Source: Mobula hypostoma (taxonomy: Eukaryota). Taken from it: a stretch of DNA of 64,000 nt. Made by a program: the position numbers and the translations under genes. Below, piece after piece: positions 1 through 12,507 of the stretch (position 1 is its first letter; every line of letters starts with the position of its first letter). Below the pieces are notes generated by a model. It saw only the letters and a list, made by a program, of their open reading frames with translations, was not told the origin of the DNA and made no database searches. The stretch covers positions 254,512,001 to 254,576,000 of the forward strand of contig NC_086097.1 in NCBI RefSeq assembly GCF_963921235.1, in the 5' to 3' direction.

Positions 1-90
1 AGAGATGCTGCCTGACCTGCTGCGTTCACCAGCAATTTTTAAGTGTGTTGCTTGAAATTCCAGCATCTGTAGATTTCCTCGTGTTTGCGT
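1..90 (+). mobile_element. Penelope-like pLTR terminal fragment
   Basis: gatgctgcctgacctgctgcgttcaccagc...ttccagcatctg. Same motif as 39099-39178 and the ends of the GIY-YIG-bearing elements at 24460 and 26075. Confidence 0.7.
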
Positions 91-588
91 CTTGGAATAT
101 TGTGATCAGTTCTGGTCACCTTATCAAGGCTGTGGGAGCTTTAGAGAGAGTGCAGAGGAGATATAATACACCTCCCTGATTGAAAGTATGTCTTCTGAGG
201 ATAGGTTTCGGGCATTTCTCTCTGGAGTAAAGGAGCATGAGGGGTGACAATAGAGGTGTACGAGTTAATAACATGCATTGATCAGGTTAAGCCAGAGACT
301 TTCCCCCAGGGCGGATATGGCTCATACAAAGGGGCATAATTTTAAGATGATTGGAGGAAAATATAAGGGAGATGTCTGAGGTTTTTTTTTTACACAGAGA
401 TGGGTGGGTGTGTGGGAAACCCTGATGGGGTGGTGGTAAAGACAAATACATTAGGGACATTTACAAGACTCTTAGATGGGCACATGGATGATAGAAAAAT
501 GGAGGGAATGTGGGAGGGAACGGTTGGAGTTGGTACAACATTGTGGGCTGAAGGGCCTATACTGTGCTGCAGTGTTCAATGTTCTAAT
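91..588 (+). mobile_element. Degenerate CR1 LINE 3' fragment
   Basis: Decayed ORF2 C-terminus (cagttctggtcacc...tttacacagagatgg) followed by a tgttc-type tail. Confidence 0.75.
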
Positions 589-670
589 ATCCTGCCACAA
601 CCTCCAGAACAACAGGATGCAGGAACCCACTCTTGCCAGCAGCACAGCTGAAGTTCCCACCATGAAGGAG

Positions 671-906
671 AAACCGGATGTAGGATTGGGGGAGAGTTGC
701 CCCTGATGCCCCCCTTGTCGTGGGGTTTCAATCCAGATGTAGGGTTGGGGGAGAGTTGCCCCTGATGCCCCCCTTGTCCTGGGGTTTCAAACCGGATGTA
801 GGTTTGGGGGAGAGTTGCCCCTGATGCCCCCTTTGTCCTGGAGTTTCAAACCGGATGTAGGGTTGGGGGAGAGTTGCCCCTGATGCCCCCCTTGTCCTGG
901 GGTTTG
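671..906. repeat. Minisatellite, 4 x 59 bp, G-rich
   Basis: Unit aaaccggatgtagggttgggggagagttgcccctgatgccccccttgtcctggggtttc, starting at 671, 730, 789 and 848. Confidence 0.95.
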
Positions 907-1039
907 ATAGGTCCAACCTGAGGCACCTTTCACTGGCCACATTTGGGAGACGAGGTGACGCTCTGCTCTCAGAAATCCTCCCAAAAGCTCTAGAACGATT
1001 GCAGGCCACACTGCTTGACTAGAACACTGAGGGCATTCC

Positions 1040-1250
1040 AGAGTTCAGAGTACAATCCTCCGTAAGGAGTTTGTACATTCTCCCCGTGACCCCTGAGTTC
1101 CTCCAGGTGCTCCAGATTCTCCCATTGTCCAAAGACACATTGGTTGCTAGGTTAACACATCGGTTGCTAGGTTAATTTGGGGATTGTAAATTGTCCCGTG
1201 ATAGGGCTAAGGTTAAGTCGGTGGGTTGCTGGGCAGTGTGGCTTCGTGGC
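1040..1250 (+). mobile_element. HE1-like V-SINE fragment
   Basis: V-domain-like core ggagtttgtacattctccccgtgacc...cctccaggtgctcc...tccaaagac...gtaaattgtccc. Confidence 0.7.
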
Positions 1251-1449
1251 TGCACCCAAATAAGGACAGAAAACAACACCAGATTACAGACTCTTCATCC
1301 CACAATGTTGTGTTTTCTGTATATTACATTATACCTCTGCAGGACAACTGTGAATTTTCAGTGTCACCATGTGGAATTGGCTACTGGTACAGAGGTGCAA
1401 TTCCCAAGTAATCAGAACTATTCAAAAGCTCAATTCTGAATAAGAAACA

Positions 1450-1562
1450 TCCTGATAAAGGGTCTCAGTCCAAAATGTCCTCTCTGTAGATGCTGCCTGA
1501 CCTGCTGAGTTCCTACAGTATTCTGTGTGGACTTCCAGCATCTGCAGAATCCCTTGTGTTTA
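1450..1562 (+). mobile_element. Penelope-like pLTR fragment with a decayed hammerhead motif
   Basis: cctgataaagggtctcagtccaaaatgtc followed by gatgctgcctgacctgctgagttcc...ttccagcatctgcag. Confidence 0.7.
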
Positions 1563-1898
1563 TGGCGAGTATATAATCTCAGTTTGCTCAAGGTCCAAAA
1601 CACAAACAACCATAAAAACGGACTGTTTCTAACAGTCAGCCAACCTTGACCATATTACTGTTGACAGGCACACAGAGACAATGTGAACTAATTCAGTTCA
1701 ACAGAGGAAACCTGATTTCACAGCTGATTATATTACTATTCACCAAATACTAATTTGTCTTTAATCACTCATATTATTGGATGTTGACAGAACTGTACTG
1801 GAAGAAATAATTAATTACCCAAATGTGAAGACAAGATTTGATTTGTCAGTATCCATAAGAGTCTTGACAGATGACTCAGCCATTGCCCAGACCGGCTA

Positions 1899-4110
1899 CC
1901 CTCATTATATTACACCAAATGTGTTGCACATTATATTACATGGACCACATTACACTCATTATAATACACTGACTGCATTACACATTATAATACACTGACT
2001 GCATTACACTCATTATAATACACTGACTGCATTACACATTATAATACACTGACTGCATTACACTCATTATAATACACTGACCGCATTACACATTATAATA
2101 CACTGACCGCATTACATAGAAACATAGAAAATAGGTGCAGGAGTAGGCCATTCGGCCCTTTGAGCCTCCACCGCCATTTATTATGATCATGGCTGATCAT
2201 CCAACTCAGAACCCCGCCCCAGCCTTCCCTCCATACCCCCTGACCGCCCTAGCCACAAGGGCCATATCTAACTCCCTCTTAAATATAGCCAATGAACTGG
2301 CCTCAACAGTTTCCTGTGGCAGAGAATTCCACAGATTCACCACTCTCTGTGTGAAGAAGTTTTTCCTAATCTCGGTCCTAAAAGGCTTCCCCTCTATCCT
2401 CAAACTGTGACCCCTCGTTCTGGACTTCCCCAACATCGGGAACAGTCTTCCTGCATCTAGCCTGTCCAATCCCTTCAGGATCTTATACGTTTCAATCAGA
2501 TCCCCCCTCAATCTTCTAAATTCCAACGAGTACAAGCCCAGTTCATCCAGTCTTTCTTCATATGAAAGCCCTGCCATCCCAGGAATCAATCTGGTGAACC
2601 TTCTTTGTACTCCCTCTATGGCAAAGATGTCTTTCCTCAGATTAGGGGACCAAAACTGCACACAATACTCCAGGTGTGGTCTCACCAAGGCCTTGTACAA
2701 CTGCAGTAGTACCTCCCTGCTCCTGTACTCGAATCCTCTCGCTATAAAAGCCAGCATACCATTCACCTTTTTCACCGCCTGCTGTACCTGCATGCCCACT
2801 TTCAATGACTGGTGTATAATGACACCCAGGTCTCGTTGCACCTCCCCTTTTCCTAATCGGCTATCATTCAGATAATAATCTGTTTTCCTATTTTTGCCAC
2901 CAAAGTGGATAACTTCACATTTATCCACATTAAATTGCATCTGCCATGAATTTGCCCACTCACCCAACCTATCCAAGTCACCCTGCATCCTCTTAGCATC
3001 CTCCTCACAGCTAACACTGCCACCCAGCTTCGTGTCATCCGCAAACTTGGAGATGCTGCATTTAATTCCCTCATCCAAGTCATTAATATATATTGTAAAC
3101 AACTGGGGTCCCAGCACTGAACCTTGCGGTACCCCACTAGTCACCGCCTGCCATTCTGAAAAGGTCCCGTTTATTCCCACTCTTTGCTTCCTGTCTGCTA
3201 ACCAATTCTCCACCCACACCAATACCTTACCCCCAATACCGTGTGCTTTAAGTTTGCACACTAATCTCCTGTGTGGGACCTTGTCAAAAACCTTTTGAAA
3301 ATCCAAATATACCACATCCACTGGTTCTCCCCTATCCACTCTACTAGTTACATCCTCAAAAAATTCTATGAGATTCGTCAGACATGATTTTCCTTTCACA
3401 AATCCATGCTGACTTTGTCCGATCATTTCACCGCTTTCCAAATGTGCTGTTATCACATCCTTGATAACTGACTCCAGCAGTTTCCCCACCACCGACGTTA
3501 GGCTAACCGGTCTATAATTCCCCGGTTTCTCTCTCCCTAATGTGTATTACACATTATAATACACTGACCTCATTACACATTATAATACACTGACTATATT
3601 ACACTCATCATATTACACTGACTATATTACACTCATTACACTGACCAATTACACATTACACTGAACGCATTACACTCATTATAATACACTGACTGTATTA
3701 CACATTATAACACACTGACCACATTACACTCATTATATTACACTAACCGCATTACATATTATAATACACTGACCACATTACACATTATAATACACTAACC
3801 GCATTACACATTATAATACACTGATCACATTATTATATTACACTGCATTACACTCATTATAATACATTGACCGCATTACACATTATAATACACTGACCAC
3901 ATTACACATTATATTATACTGACCGCATTACACATTATAATACACTGACCGCATTACACATTATAATACACTGACCGCATTACACTCATTATAATACACT
4001 GACCGCATTACACTCATTATAATACACTGACCAATTACACTCATTACATTATATTACACTGACCGCATTACACTCATTATAATACACTGACTGCATTATA
4101 TTACACTGAA
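1899..4110. repeat. 26-28 bp minisatellite (cacattataatacactgacYgcatta)n, split by a CR1 insertion at 2114-3537
   Basis: Directly visible units at about 1899-2113 and 3546-4110. Confidence 0.92.
2114..3537 (-). mobile_element. Young 5'-truncated CR1 LINE with an uninterrupted RT-to-C-terminus frame (ORF 2206-3492)
   Basis: 428-aa ORF with [48 protein letters not shown] and FFTQRVV motifs. The 3' tail is (tttctatg)n. Confidence 0.95.
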
Positions 4111-4124
4111 TGGTGCACTTGTTG

Positions 4125-4667
4125 GACCATAGATCATAAGACATAGGAGCAGAATTAGGCCACCTGGCCCATCGAGTCTGCTCCACCATTCAATCATGGC
4201 TGATCCTTTTTTCTATTTCCTCCTCAACCCCAGTTCCCTGCCTTCTCCCCGTAAACTTCGATGTCATGTCCAATCAAGAACCTATCAATCTCTCCCTTAA
4301 ATACACTCAACGACCTGGCCTCCACAGCTGCATGTGGCAACAAATTCCACAAATTCACCACTCTTTGGCTCAAGAAATTTCTCCACATCTCTGTTTTGAA
4401 AGGGCGCCCCTCTATCCTGAGGCTCTGCCCTCTTGTCCTAGACTCTCCTACCATAGGAAACATCCTTTCCATATCTACTCTGTCTAGGCCTTTCAACATT
4501 CAAAAAATTTCAACGAGATCCCCCAACATTCTTCTGAATTCCAGCGAGTACAGACCCCGAGCCATTAAACATTCCTCGCATGATAACCCTTTCATTCCTG
4601 GAATCATCTTTGTGAACCTCCTCTGGACCCTCTCCAATGCAGCACATCTTTTCTTAGATCAGGGGCC
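4125..4667 (-). mobile_element. CR1 LINE 3' fragment (tcttatgg-type tail)
   Basis: ORF 4224-4499 LKGLDRVD...NFLSQRVVNLWN; tail at about 4125-4145. Confidence 0.85.
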
Positions 4668-4784
4668 TGAGATAGAGAGCGAGACAGACAGAGAAACAGA
4701 TAAACAGAGAGAGAAAAGAGGGACAGACAGACAGAAGCAGAGACAGAGAGAGACACAAAGAGAGAGAGACAGAAAGAAAGACAG

Positions 4785-4864
<80 letters not shown>

Positions 4865-4873
4865 AGACAGACA
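4668..4873. repeat. Compound microsatellite (GACA/GA)n then (GT)n
   Basis: Directly visible. Confidence 0.95.
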
Positions 4874-5152
4874 GAGTTGTGGAAAATCTAGCATACCAAC
4901 TCCTACAATTATGACTTTCTAGGAGAGCATCCCTTTTGATACCTTGTAAACTGTGGTCTAGTAATCTATTTGTTAGTTTCAGCACGTACCCTTGTAAACT
5001 GGCTACTGAATGAATAGTGTGCTTTTCTCATAGAATTTAAATTTGTTTGTTCTGGATATCGGCAGAAGAGCCTGCAGTAATCAATGCGATGCTTAAAAAA
5101 AGGACTGATGACAAATGTTTAGTCAAGGCCAGGTTTCATTGTCTCAAGTACA

Positions 5153-5510
5153 TTGAGAGGACGAGATAAAGCGGATGTGGAGAGGATGTTTCTGGTGGTG
5201 GGGGTATCCAGAACTAGAGGGCACAGCCTCAAAATTGAGGGGAGACCCTTTAGAACCGAGACAAGGAGGAATTTTTTTAGCCAGAGGGTGGTGAATCTGT
5301 GGAATGCTCTGACACAGACTGCAGTGGCAGGCTAAGTTCGTGGGTATAGTTAAAGCGGAATTTGATCATTTACTGATCCGTCAGGGCATCAAAGGATATG
5401 GCGAGAAGGCAGGTGTATGGGGTTGTGTGGAATCTGGGATCAGCCATGATGGAATGGCAGAGCAGAGTCGATGGGCTGAATGGCCTAATTCTGCTCCAAT
5501 GTCTTATGGT
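5153..5510 (+). mobile_element. CR1 LINE 3' fragment
   Basis: SRTRGHSLKIEGRPFRTE.RRNFFSQRVVNLWN followed by the tcttatgg tail. Confidence 0.85.
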
Positions 5511-5514
5511 TGAA

Positions 5515-6390
5515 GTACATGTGAAGAGGGGCAACGAAAAACGCTTGCAGCACCATCGCAGGTACTGTTGCAGGAATGCTGCATCAGATAAGCAGCATTC
5601 ACAAAGAAAACAGAAATTATGCACAGAAAGAACACAACTAAAATACAAAAAATTGATTGTAGTGCAGATTGATCAAAATAATCACAGTGCTGCTGTATTG
5701 AGGTAGTGATTAGTGATTCGATGGTGGTTCAAGATCCAGATGGTTTAAGGGAAGTCGCTGTTCTTGAACCTGGTGGTGTGGGACTTCAGGCTTCTGTAAC
5801 TCCTGCCTGGTGGTAGCTGTGAGAAGATGCCGTGGCCCGGATGGTGGAGATTTTTGAAGATAGTTGTTGCCTCCTTGTGGCCGTGCCTCCTGTAGATAGT
5901 ACCGATGGTGGGAATGGATGTGCCCATGATATACTGGGCAGAGTCGACTACTCTCTGCCCTTTCTTGCGATTCTCTACATCTGAAGTGCTGTACCAGACC
6001 ATGGTGCAACCAGTCAGGATACTTTCAATAGTACATCTGTAGAAGTTGCTGCAGAGTGACAGGTAGAATGCCCTTAACCTCCTCAGAATGTAAAGAAACT
6101 GAAGCCTTGTATTTGCATCTATGTGATGGTCACAGGACAGGTAAACCTGTTGATTCTCTCCATTGTGAATTCATCAATGTAGACTGGCACAAGTTCACCC
6201 TCTCTGTACTGTGAATATATCAATGTAGACTGGCACATGTTCACCCTCTCTGAGCTGTGAATCTATTGACGTAGACCGGGACATGTTCATTATCTCTCCA
6301 CTGTGGACCCATTGATGTAAACTGGCACAAGTTCGCCCTCTTTGTGCTGTCAATGCACCAATGTAGACTGGCACATGTTCACCCTCTCTT
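5515..6390 (-). mobile_element. Rex1/Babar LINE 3' fragment, with a 46-bp internal segment amplified at 6150-6390
   Basis: ORF 5745-6002 has HHPGHGIFSQLPPGRSYRSLKSHTTRFKNS, the Rex1 C-terminal motif. About five degenerate 46-bp repeats lie at the 5' edge. Confidence 0.75.
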
Positions 6391-7998
6391 TGATCCTCCA
6401 CACTGCCAAGCATTTTACCAATAATCCAACATTGTGTCTTCAAATTTGGCCTACCAAAATGAACCACTTCACATTTATCTGGGTTGAACTCCATCTGCCA
6501 CTTCTCAGCCCGGTTCTGCATCCTATCAATGTCCCTCTGTAACTTCGACAACCCTCCAGGCTATCCACAACACTCCCAACCTTTGTGTCATCAGCAAACT
6601 TACTAACCCATCCCTCCTACCTCTTCATCCAGGTAATTTATAAAAATCACAAAGAGGAGGGGTTGCAAAGCAGGTCCCTGCAGAACACCACTTGTCACCG
6701 ACCTCCATGCTGAATATGAACCTTTAGACACTAGAATACTACAGCACAGTACAGGCCCTTCAGCCCTCGATGTTGTGCCGACCCATATATTCCTTTAAAA
6801 AAAGTACTAAACCCACACTACCCTGTAACCCTTTATTTTTCTTTCATCCATGTGCCTGTCCAAGAGGCTCTTAAATACCTCTAATGTTTTAGCCTCCACC
6901 ACCATCCCTGGCAAGTCATTCCGGGCAATACAACCCTCTGTGTAAAAAACTTAGCCCTGATGTCTCCCCTAAAGTTCCCTCCCTTAACTTTGTACGTATG
7001 CCCTCTGGTGTTTGCTATTCATGCCCTGGGAAACAGGTACTGGCTATCCACCCTATCTATGCCTCTCATAATCTTGTAGAACTCTATCAAGTCCCCTCTC
7101 ATCCTTCTACACTCCAAAGAGAAAAGTCCCAGCTCTGCTAACCTTGCCTCCTAAGACTTGTTTTCCGATCCAGGCAACATCCTGATAAATCTCCTCTGCA
7201 CCCTCTCCATAGCTTCCACAACCTTCCTATAATGAGGTGACCAGAACTGAACACAATACTCTAAGTGTGGTCTCACCAGAGATTTGTAGAGTTGCAACAT
7301 GACCTCTCTACCCTTGAACTCAGTCCCCCTATTAATGAAGCCTAGAATCCCATAGGCCTTCTAAACTATCCTATCAACCTGTGCAGTGACCTTGAGGGAT
7401 GTATGGATTTGAACCCCAAGGTCCCTCTGTTCATCCACACTCTTAAGTAACCAACCATTTACACTGTACTCAGCCTTCTGGTTTGTCCTTCCAAAACACA
7501 TCACCTCACACTTATCCAGATTGAACTCCATCTGCCACTTTTCTGTCCAACTCTGCATCCTGTCTATATCGTCTTGTAACCTTTGACAACCTACAGCTCC
7601 ATCCACAACTCCTCCAATCTTCGTGTCATCCGCAAACTTACTCACCCATCCTTCCGCCTCTTCATCCAGGTCATTTATAAAAATCACAAATAGCAGGGGT
7701 CCCAGGACAGATCCTTGCAGCACTCCACTAGTCAACAACCTCCAGGCAGAATACTTTCCTTACACTACTACCCTCTGCTTTCTTCCTTTAAGTCAATTAT
7801 TTATCCAAACAGCCAAGGTTCCACTGATCCCATGCCTCATGACTTTCTGGATGAAGTCTCTCATGGGGGAGCTTGTCAAGTTCCTTGCTAAAATCCATGT
7901 AGACCACATCTACCGCCCTACCCTCATCAATTTTTTTTGTTACTTCTTCAAAAAACTCAATTAGGCTCGTGAGGCACGACCTTCCCTTCACAAAGCCA
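6391..7998 (-). mobile_element. Two adjacent CR1 fragments (6391-6722 and 6723-7998)
   Basis: RT motifs SGV.QGSVLGP, KFADDTK and VYMDFSK. The second copy's 3' tail is at about 6725. Confidence 0.85.
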
Positions 7999-8039
7999 TT
8001 CAATAGGTGGTGCCTCAGGGTGGCATAGATCATTAAGTA

Positions 8040-8295
8040 TCATCACCACCCAGGAGGAGGTACAGGAGCCTGAAGGTGCACACTCAAAGTATTAGGGACA
8101 GCTTCTTCCCCTCTGCTATTTGATTGCTGAATGGTCAATGAATACGACCCATTTTCTCTCTTTTTGCATTACTTACTTTTTTCATATTTCTTATTGTAGT
8201 TTGTCATAACTTTTTATATATTGCACTGTACTGCTGCCCCAAAACAAAAACATTTCACAACATACGTCAGGGATAATCAACCCAATTCTGATAAG
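8040..8295 (+). mobile_element. Rex1/Babar 3' end
   Basis: aggaggtacaggagcctgaagg...cagcttcttcccctctgc, then an AT-rich 3' UTR and ttctgat tail. Confidence 0.7.
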
Positions 8296-8377
8296 TGCCC
8301 TGTCATTTCTCAAATAATATCCGGGGATCTTTCACTGCACAGGAAAGGGTATGTAAAGCCTTAGTTTAAAGACTCAC

Positions 8378-9672
8378 TTAACCATATAACAATTACAGCA
8401 CGGAAACAGGCCATCTCGGCCCTTCTAGTCCGTGCCGAACTCTTACTCTCACCTAGTTCCACCGACCTGCACTCAGCCCATAATCCTCCATTCCCTTCCT
8501 GTCCATATATTTATCCAATTTAACTTTAAATGACAACATCGAACCTGCCTCAACCACTTCTGCTGGAAACACATTCCACACAGCTACCACTCTCTGAGTA
8601 AAGAAGTTCCCCCTCATGTTACCCCTAAACTTTTGCCCTTTAACTCTCAACTCATGTCCTCTTCTTTGAATCTCCCCCACTCTCAATGGAAAAAGCCTAT
8701 CCACGTCAACTCTATCTATCCCCCTCATAATTTTAAATATCTCTATCAAGTCCCCCCTCAACCTCCTACGCTCCAAAGAATAAAGACCCAACTTGTTCAA
8801 CCTTTCTCTGTAACTTAGGAGATGAAACCCAGGTAACATTCTAGTAAATCTTCCCTGTACTCTCTCAATTTTGTTACATCTTTCCTATAATTCGGTGACC
8901 AGAACTATACACAATACTCCAAATTTGGCCTTACCAATGACTTGTACAATTTCAACATTACATCCCAACTCCTATACTCAATGCTCTGATTTATAAAGGC
9001 CAGCATACCAAAAGCTTTCTTCACCACCCTATCCACATGAGGTTTCACCTTCAGGGAACTATGCACCATTATTCCTAGATCCCTCTGTTCTACTGCATTC
9101 TTCAATGCCCTACCGTTTACCATGTATGTCCTATTTTGATTAGTCCTACCAAAATGTAGCACCTCACATTTTTCAGCATTAAACTCCATCTGCCATCTTT
9201 CAGCCCACTCTTCTAACTGGCCTAAATCTCTCTGCAAGCTTTGAAAACCTATCTCATTATCCACAACTCCACCTATCTTAGTATCATCTGCATACTTACT
9301 AATCCAATTTATCACCCCATCATCTAGATCATTAATATATATGACAAACAACATTGGACCCAGTACAGATCCCCGAGGCACACCAGTAGTCACCGGCCTC
9401 CAATTTGACAAACAGCTATCCACCACTACTCTCTGGCGTCTCCCATCCAGCCACTGCTGAATCCATTTTACTACTTCAATATTAATACCTAATGATTGAA
9501 CCTTCCGAACTAACCTTCCGTGTGGAACCTTGTCAAAGGCCTTACTAAAGTCCATATAGACAACATCCACCGCTTTATCCTCGTCAACTTTCCTAGTAAT
9601 CTCTTCAAAAAATTCAATAAGATTTGTCAAACATGACCTTCCACGCACAAATCTATGTTGACTGTTCCTAAT
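8378..9672 (-). mobile_element. 5'-truncated CR1 LINE (gttatatggtta-type tail)
   Basis: ORFs 8905-9648 (RT, KYADDTK) and 8453-8839 (C-terminus), broken by a stop and a frameshift. Confidence 0.92.
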
Positions 9673-9767
9673 TTGAAAGGCAACATTTCAGTTTGGGTCA
9701 TTAGTGTAGGAGTCATGTACAAAAATGGTAGTCTCCATTACTGACTGAAGGTTGAAGAGCACCAAAT

Positions 9768-10040
9768 CAGAGTCATAGAGGACAACAGCACAGAAACAGG
9801 CCTTTCAGCCCATCTAGTTCATACCAAACTATTATTCTGCCTACTCCTATTGACCTACACTGGGACCATAGCTCTCTACACCCCTCCCATCCAAACTTCT
9901 CTCAAATGTTGAAATCAAACTTGATTGTTCCACTTCCACTGGCAGCACATTCCACACTCTCATCGCCCTCTGAGTAAAGAAGTTTCCCCTCATGTTCCCC
10001 ATAAACTTTCACCTTTCACCCTTAACCCATGACCTCTAGC
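9768..10040 (-). mobile_element. CR1 3' fragment
   Basis: Plus strand shows cattccacactctcatcgccctctgagtaaagaagtttcccc and a CR1-like tail. Confidence 0.7.
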
Positions 10041-10519
10041 TCTGGGGGCTGGGGGTAGGGGTGGGGGGTGAAGACTGGGACAACAGCAGTTGGTATGTGG
10101 AGATGTGGCTGGTACGTGCAGGGCAAAGATGGAATGTAGACAGTGGTAGCCTGTGTTGTTCATCCACATTGTGGAACTGGAGGGTAGGTGTTGGTGCTGA
10201 GGGAGTATTGGGTGCCTTGACACCTGGACTGGTGTGCTGAGGGGTGTGAACAGGAGGGCAATTGTCACACCTATAGAAGAATAGCTTTAACTCATTATCC
10301 CTTTCACGGCTGCATTCCAAGGCTTCACAGCTGGGCTGATTGATGTTCTTCATGCCTCTTCACACCTCCCGTGTGCTCCTCTGCACAAGCTTGTCCTCCA
10401 GCTCTCCCCGTATTCCTCTTTAGCCACCTTGATCTTCTCCATTAGCTCCATCTGCACACGTTTCAATCCTTTCCTGTCTCCTGATCTAAGGGCTCTCTTT
10501 CTGTGGCTGAGAAGACGCA

Positions 10520-10650
10520 CCCTAACAGCACTGTGGGTGTACCTGCATCTCAGGGACTGCAGCGGTTCAAGAAGGCAGCTCGTCACCACCTTCTCAAGGG
10601 TATCAAGGGATAGGCAATAAATGCTGGCTTAGCTGGTGACACCCACAACA
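10520..10650 (+). mobile_element. L2/CR1-group LINE 3' tail, apparently resuming at about 11592 after a Rex1 insertion
   Basis: ctaacagcactgtgggtgtacc...gactgcagcggttcaagaaggcagctc...aataaatgctggc, with aatgaataaa immediately after the Rex1 copy. Confidence 0.55.
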
Positions 10651-11591
10651 CAGGAGCCCCTCAGGGCTGTGTACTAAGCCCCCTCCTTTACTCTCTGTAA
10701 ACCCATGTCTATGTCGCCACCCACAGCTCCAATATGCCAATTAAGTTTGCTGACGACACTACACTGATTGGCCTAATCTCAAATAATAATGAGGCCGCCT
10801 ACAGGGAAGAAGTCATCACCTTGACACAGTGGTGTCAAGAAAATAACCTCTCCCTCAATGTTGCAAAAACAAAGGAGCTGGTTGTAGATTGCAGGAGGAA
10901 TGGAGACAGGCTAACCCCTATTGACATCAATGGATCTGGGGTTGGGAGGGTGAACAGCTTTAAATTCCTCAGCATAAACATCACTGAGGATCTCGCGTAG
11001 TCTGTTCATTCCAGCTGTGTGGTGAAGAAGGCACAAGAACACCTCTTTCACCTCACACAGTTGAAGAAGTTTGGCTTGGGCCCCCAAATTCTAAGAACTT
11101 TCTAGAGGGGCACAATTGAGAGCATCCTGACTGGCTGCATCACTGCCTGATATGGGAAATGTACTTCCCTCATTCGCAGGACTCTGCAGAGAGTGGTGCG
11201 GACAGCCCAGCACATCTGTAGTTGTGAACTTCCCATGATTCAGGACATTTACAAGGACAGGTGTGTAAAAAGGGCCCATAGGATCATTGGGGACCCGAGT
11301 CACCCCAACCACAAACTGTTCCAGCTGCTACCATCCGGGAGATGGTACCACAGCATAAGAGCCAGGACCAGCAGGCTCCAGGACAGCTTCTTCCACCAGG
11401 CGGTCGGAATGATTAATTCATGCTGACACAACTGTATTTCTATGTTATATTGACCATCCCATTGTACATAATATTTATTATAAATTACTATAAATTGCAC
11501 GTTGCACATTTAGACGGAGACGTAACATAATGATTTTTACTCCTCGTGTATATGAAGGGTGTAAGTAATAAAGTCAGTTCAATTCAATTCA
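10648..11591 (+). mobile_element. 5'-truncated Rex1/Babar LINE
   Basis: TGAPQGCVLSPLLYSL, KFADDTTLIGLI and HPNHKLFQLLPSGR.Y.SIRARTSRLQDSFF motifs; (aattc)n tail. Confidence 0.9.
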
Positions 11592-12059
11592 AATGAATAA
11601 ATAAAGAAAAATCAGTAACTCCATTAATGTCCTCACCATATGGTTCACCAATCACATTCCAGTCACCTCAAAGCAGCCCTTTAAGGCCTCTAGTGCCTCT
11701 GGAGCCCATTTCTTTACTATCTTGGTGGTAGCTGGTTGTTGCTGTACTTCGGTCATGAAGTGAACCATGTTGTGATCCGATGGGGGAAGAGCTGTGGAGC
11801 TATATCCATCTTTAACCTTTAATGTAGTGTTATATCACTGTGTCAAACACTACACAATACTATAAGATTACCTAAGATCTTCTAGCAGCTTCTGTCTCCG
11901 CTGGTCTGCTTTTGATCTATATATTACCACCGTTGCCGAGTGACAAGACATACTGAGGGTTGTCCAAAGACAGCTAAATTAAAATACCATTGGATAAAAT
12001 GCTCATGCACTCACATTAAACTTTCAATTTTGAATTAATTTTTAAAAAGAACATCAAAC

Positions 12060-12152
12060 CTGCCGTTCCTGGTGTCGTGTTGTCGCATGTTTTTGATAAA
12101 GTGAATCTTCTTAAAGCTCTTTGGTCTGGGAGAACCTGACAGAGTCCGACAT
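12060..12152 (-). CDS. CABLES1: CABLES1 internal coding exon, probably exon 3, 93 bp, phase 2-2
   Basis: Minus strand reads cttgttttttttccAG|ATGTCGG...AACGGCAG|GTttga. Translation (R)CRTLSGSPRPKSFKKIHFIKNMRQHDTRNG(R) matches recalled CABLES1 RCRTLSGSPRPKNFKKIHFIKNMRQHDTRNGR better than CABLES2. Confidence 0.93.
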
Positions 12153-12507
12153 CTGGAAAAAAAACAAGTTAAACATAAGTCATGAGACTGAGTGAGAGCA
12201 AGTCCCCCCACCTTCAGTAATTGGTGCGTGACAGAAATCCGGACTGGTGGTCCCATAGGGTCCACACCAGTTCTGAGACTGATTAAATTAAATCCCCCCA
12301 CCCTCAGTAACTGGTGTGTGAGATCCACACCAATAATGTGAGCGAGACTGATTCCCATGGAGGGCACATGATAGTTACATAACCAATCTTTGTAGATTGT
12401 ATGAGTACCCCACACACTCAGTGACAACTGGAATCAGCCCATCATGTGGCAGCGGCTCAATGCGTGAAAGCATGCAGACACGGTCAAGGGGTTCAGTTGT
12501 TAAAAAA

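Noticed and set aside
671..906. Tandem hammerhead (retrozyme-like) array suggested by CTGATG, a hairpin and AAAC
   Set aside because: The core reads CTGATGC rather than CTGANGA in all four units, and no GAAA follows the hairpin.
728..1011. Minus-strand ORFs as a further CABLES1 exon
   Set aside because: No resemblance to the expected next CABLES1 peptide, and they run into a 59-bp repeat that is not a multiple of three.
2594..3298. Recurrent plus/minus shadow ORFs (e.g. MNLLCTPS..., MPPKWITSH...) repeated across the window
   Set aside because: They are antisense frames of CR1 RT copies. Their recurrence reflects TE copy number.
2206..3492. 428-aa ORF as a host or domesticated gene
   Set aside because: It is a 5'-truncated CR1 ORF2 with its repeat tail and a near-identical sibling at 35680-39661. 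The open frame reflects youth.
1899..4110. CRISPR-like repeat array next to a reverse transcriptase
   Set aside because: The units are head-to-tail with no unique spacers, there are no cas genes, and the context is eukaryotic. It is a minisatellite with a LINE insertion.
4261..4914. 217-aa ORF and other ER/HT/SL-rich ORFs (4604-4894, 51280-51804, 32793-33606)
   Set aside because: They are read-through of microsatellites and antisense TE sequence, with no coding signal.
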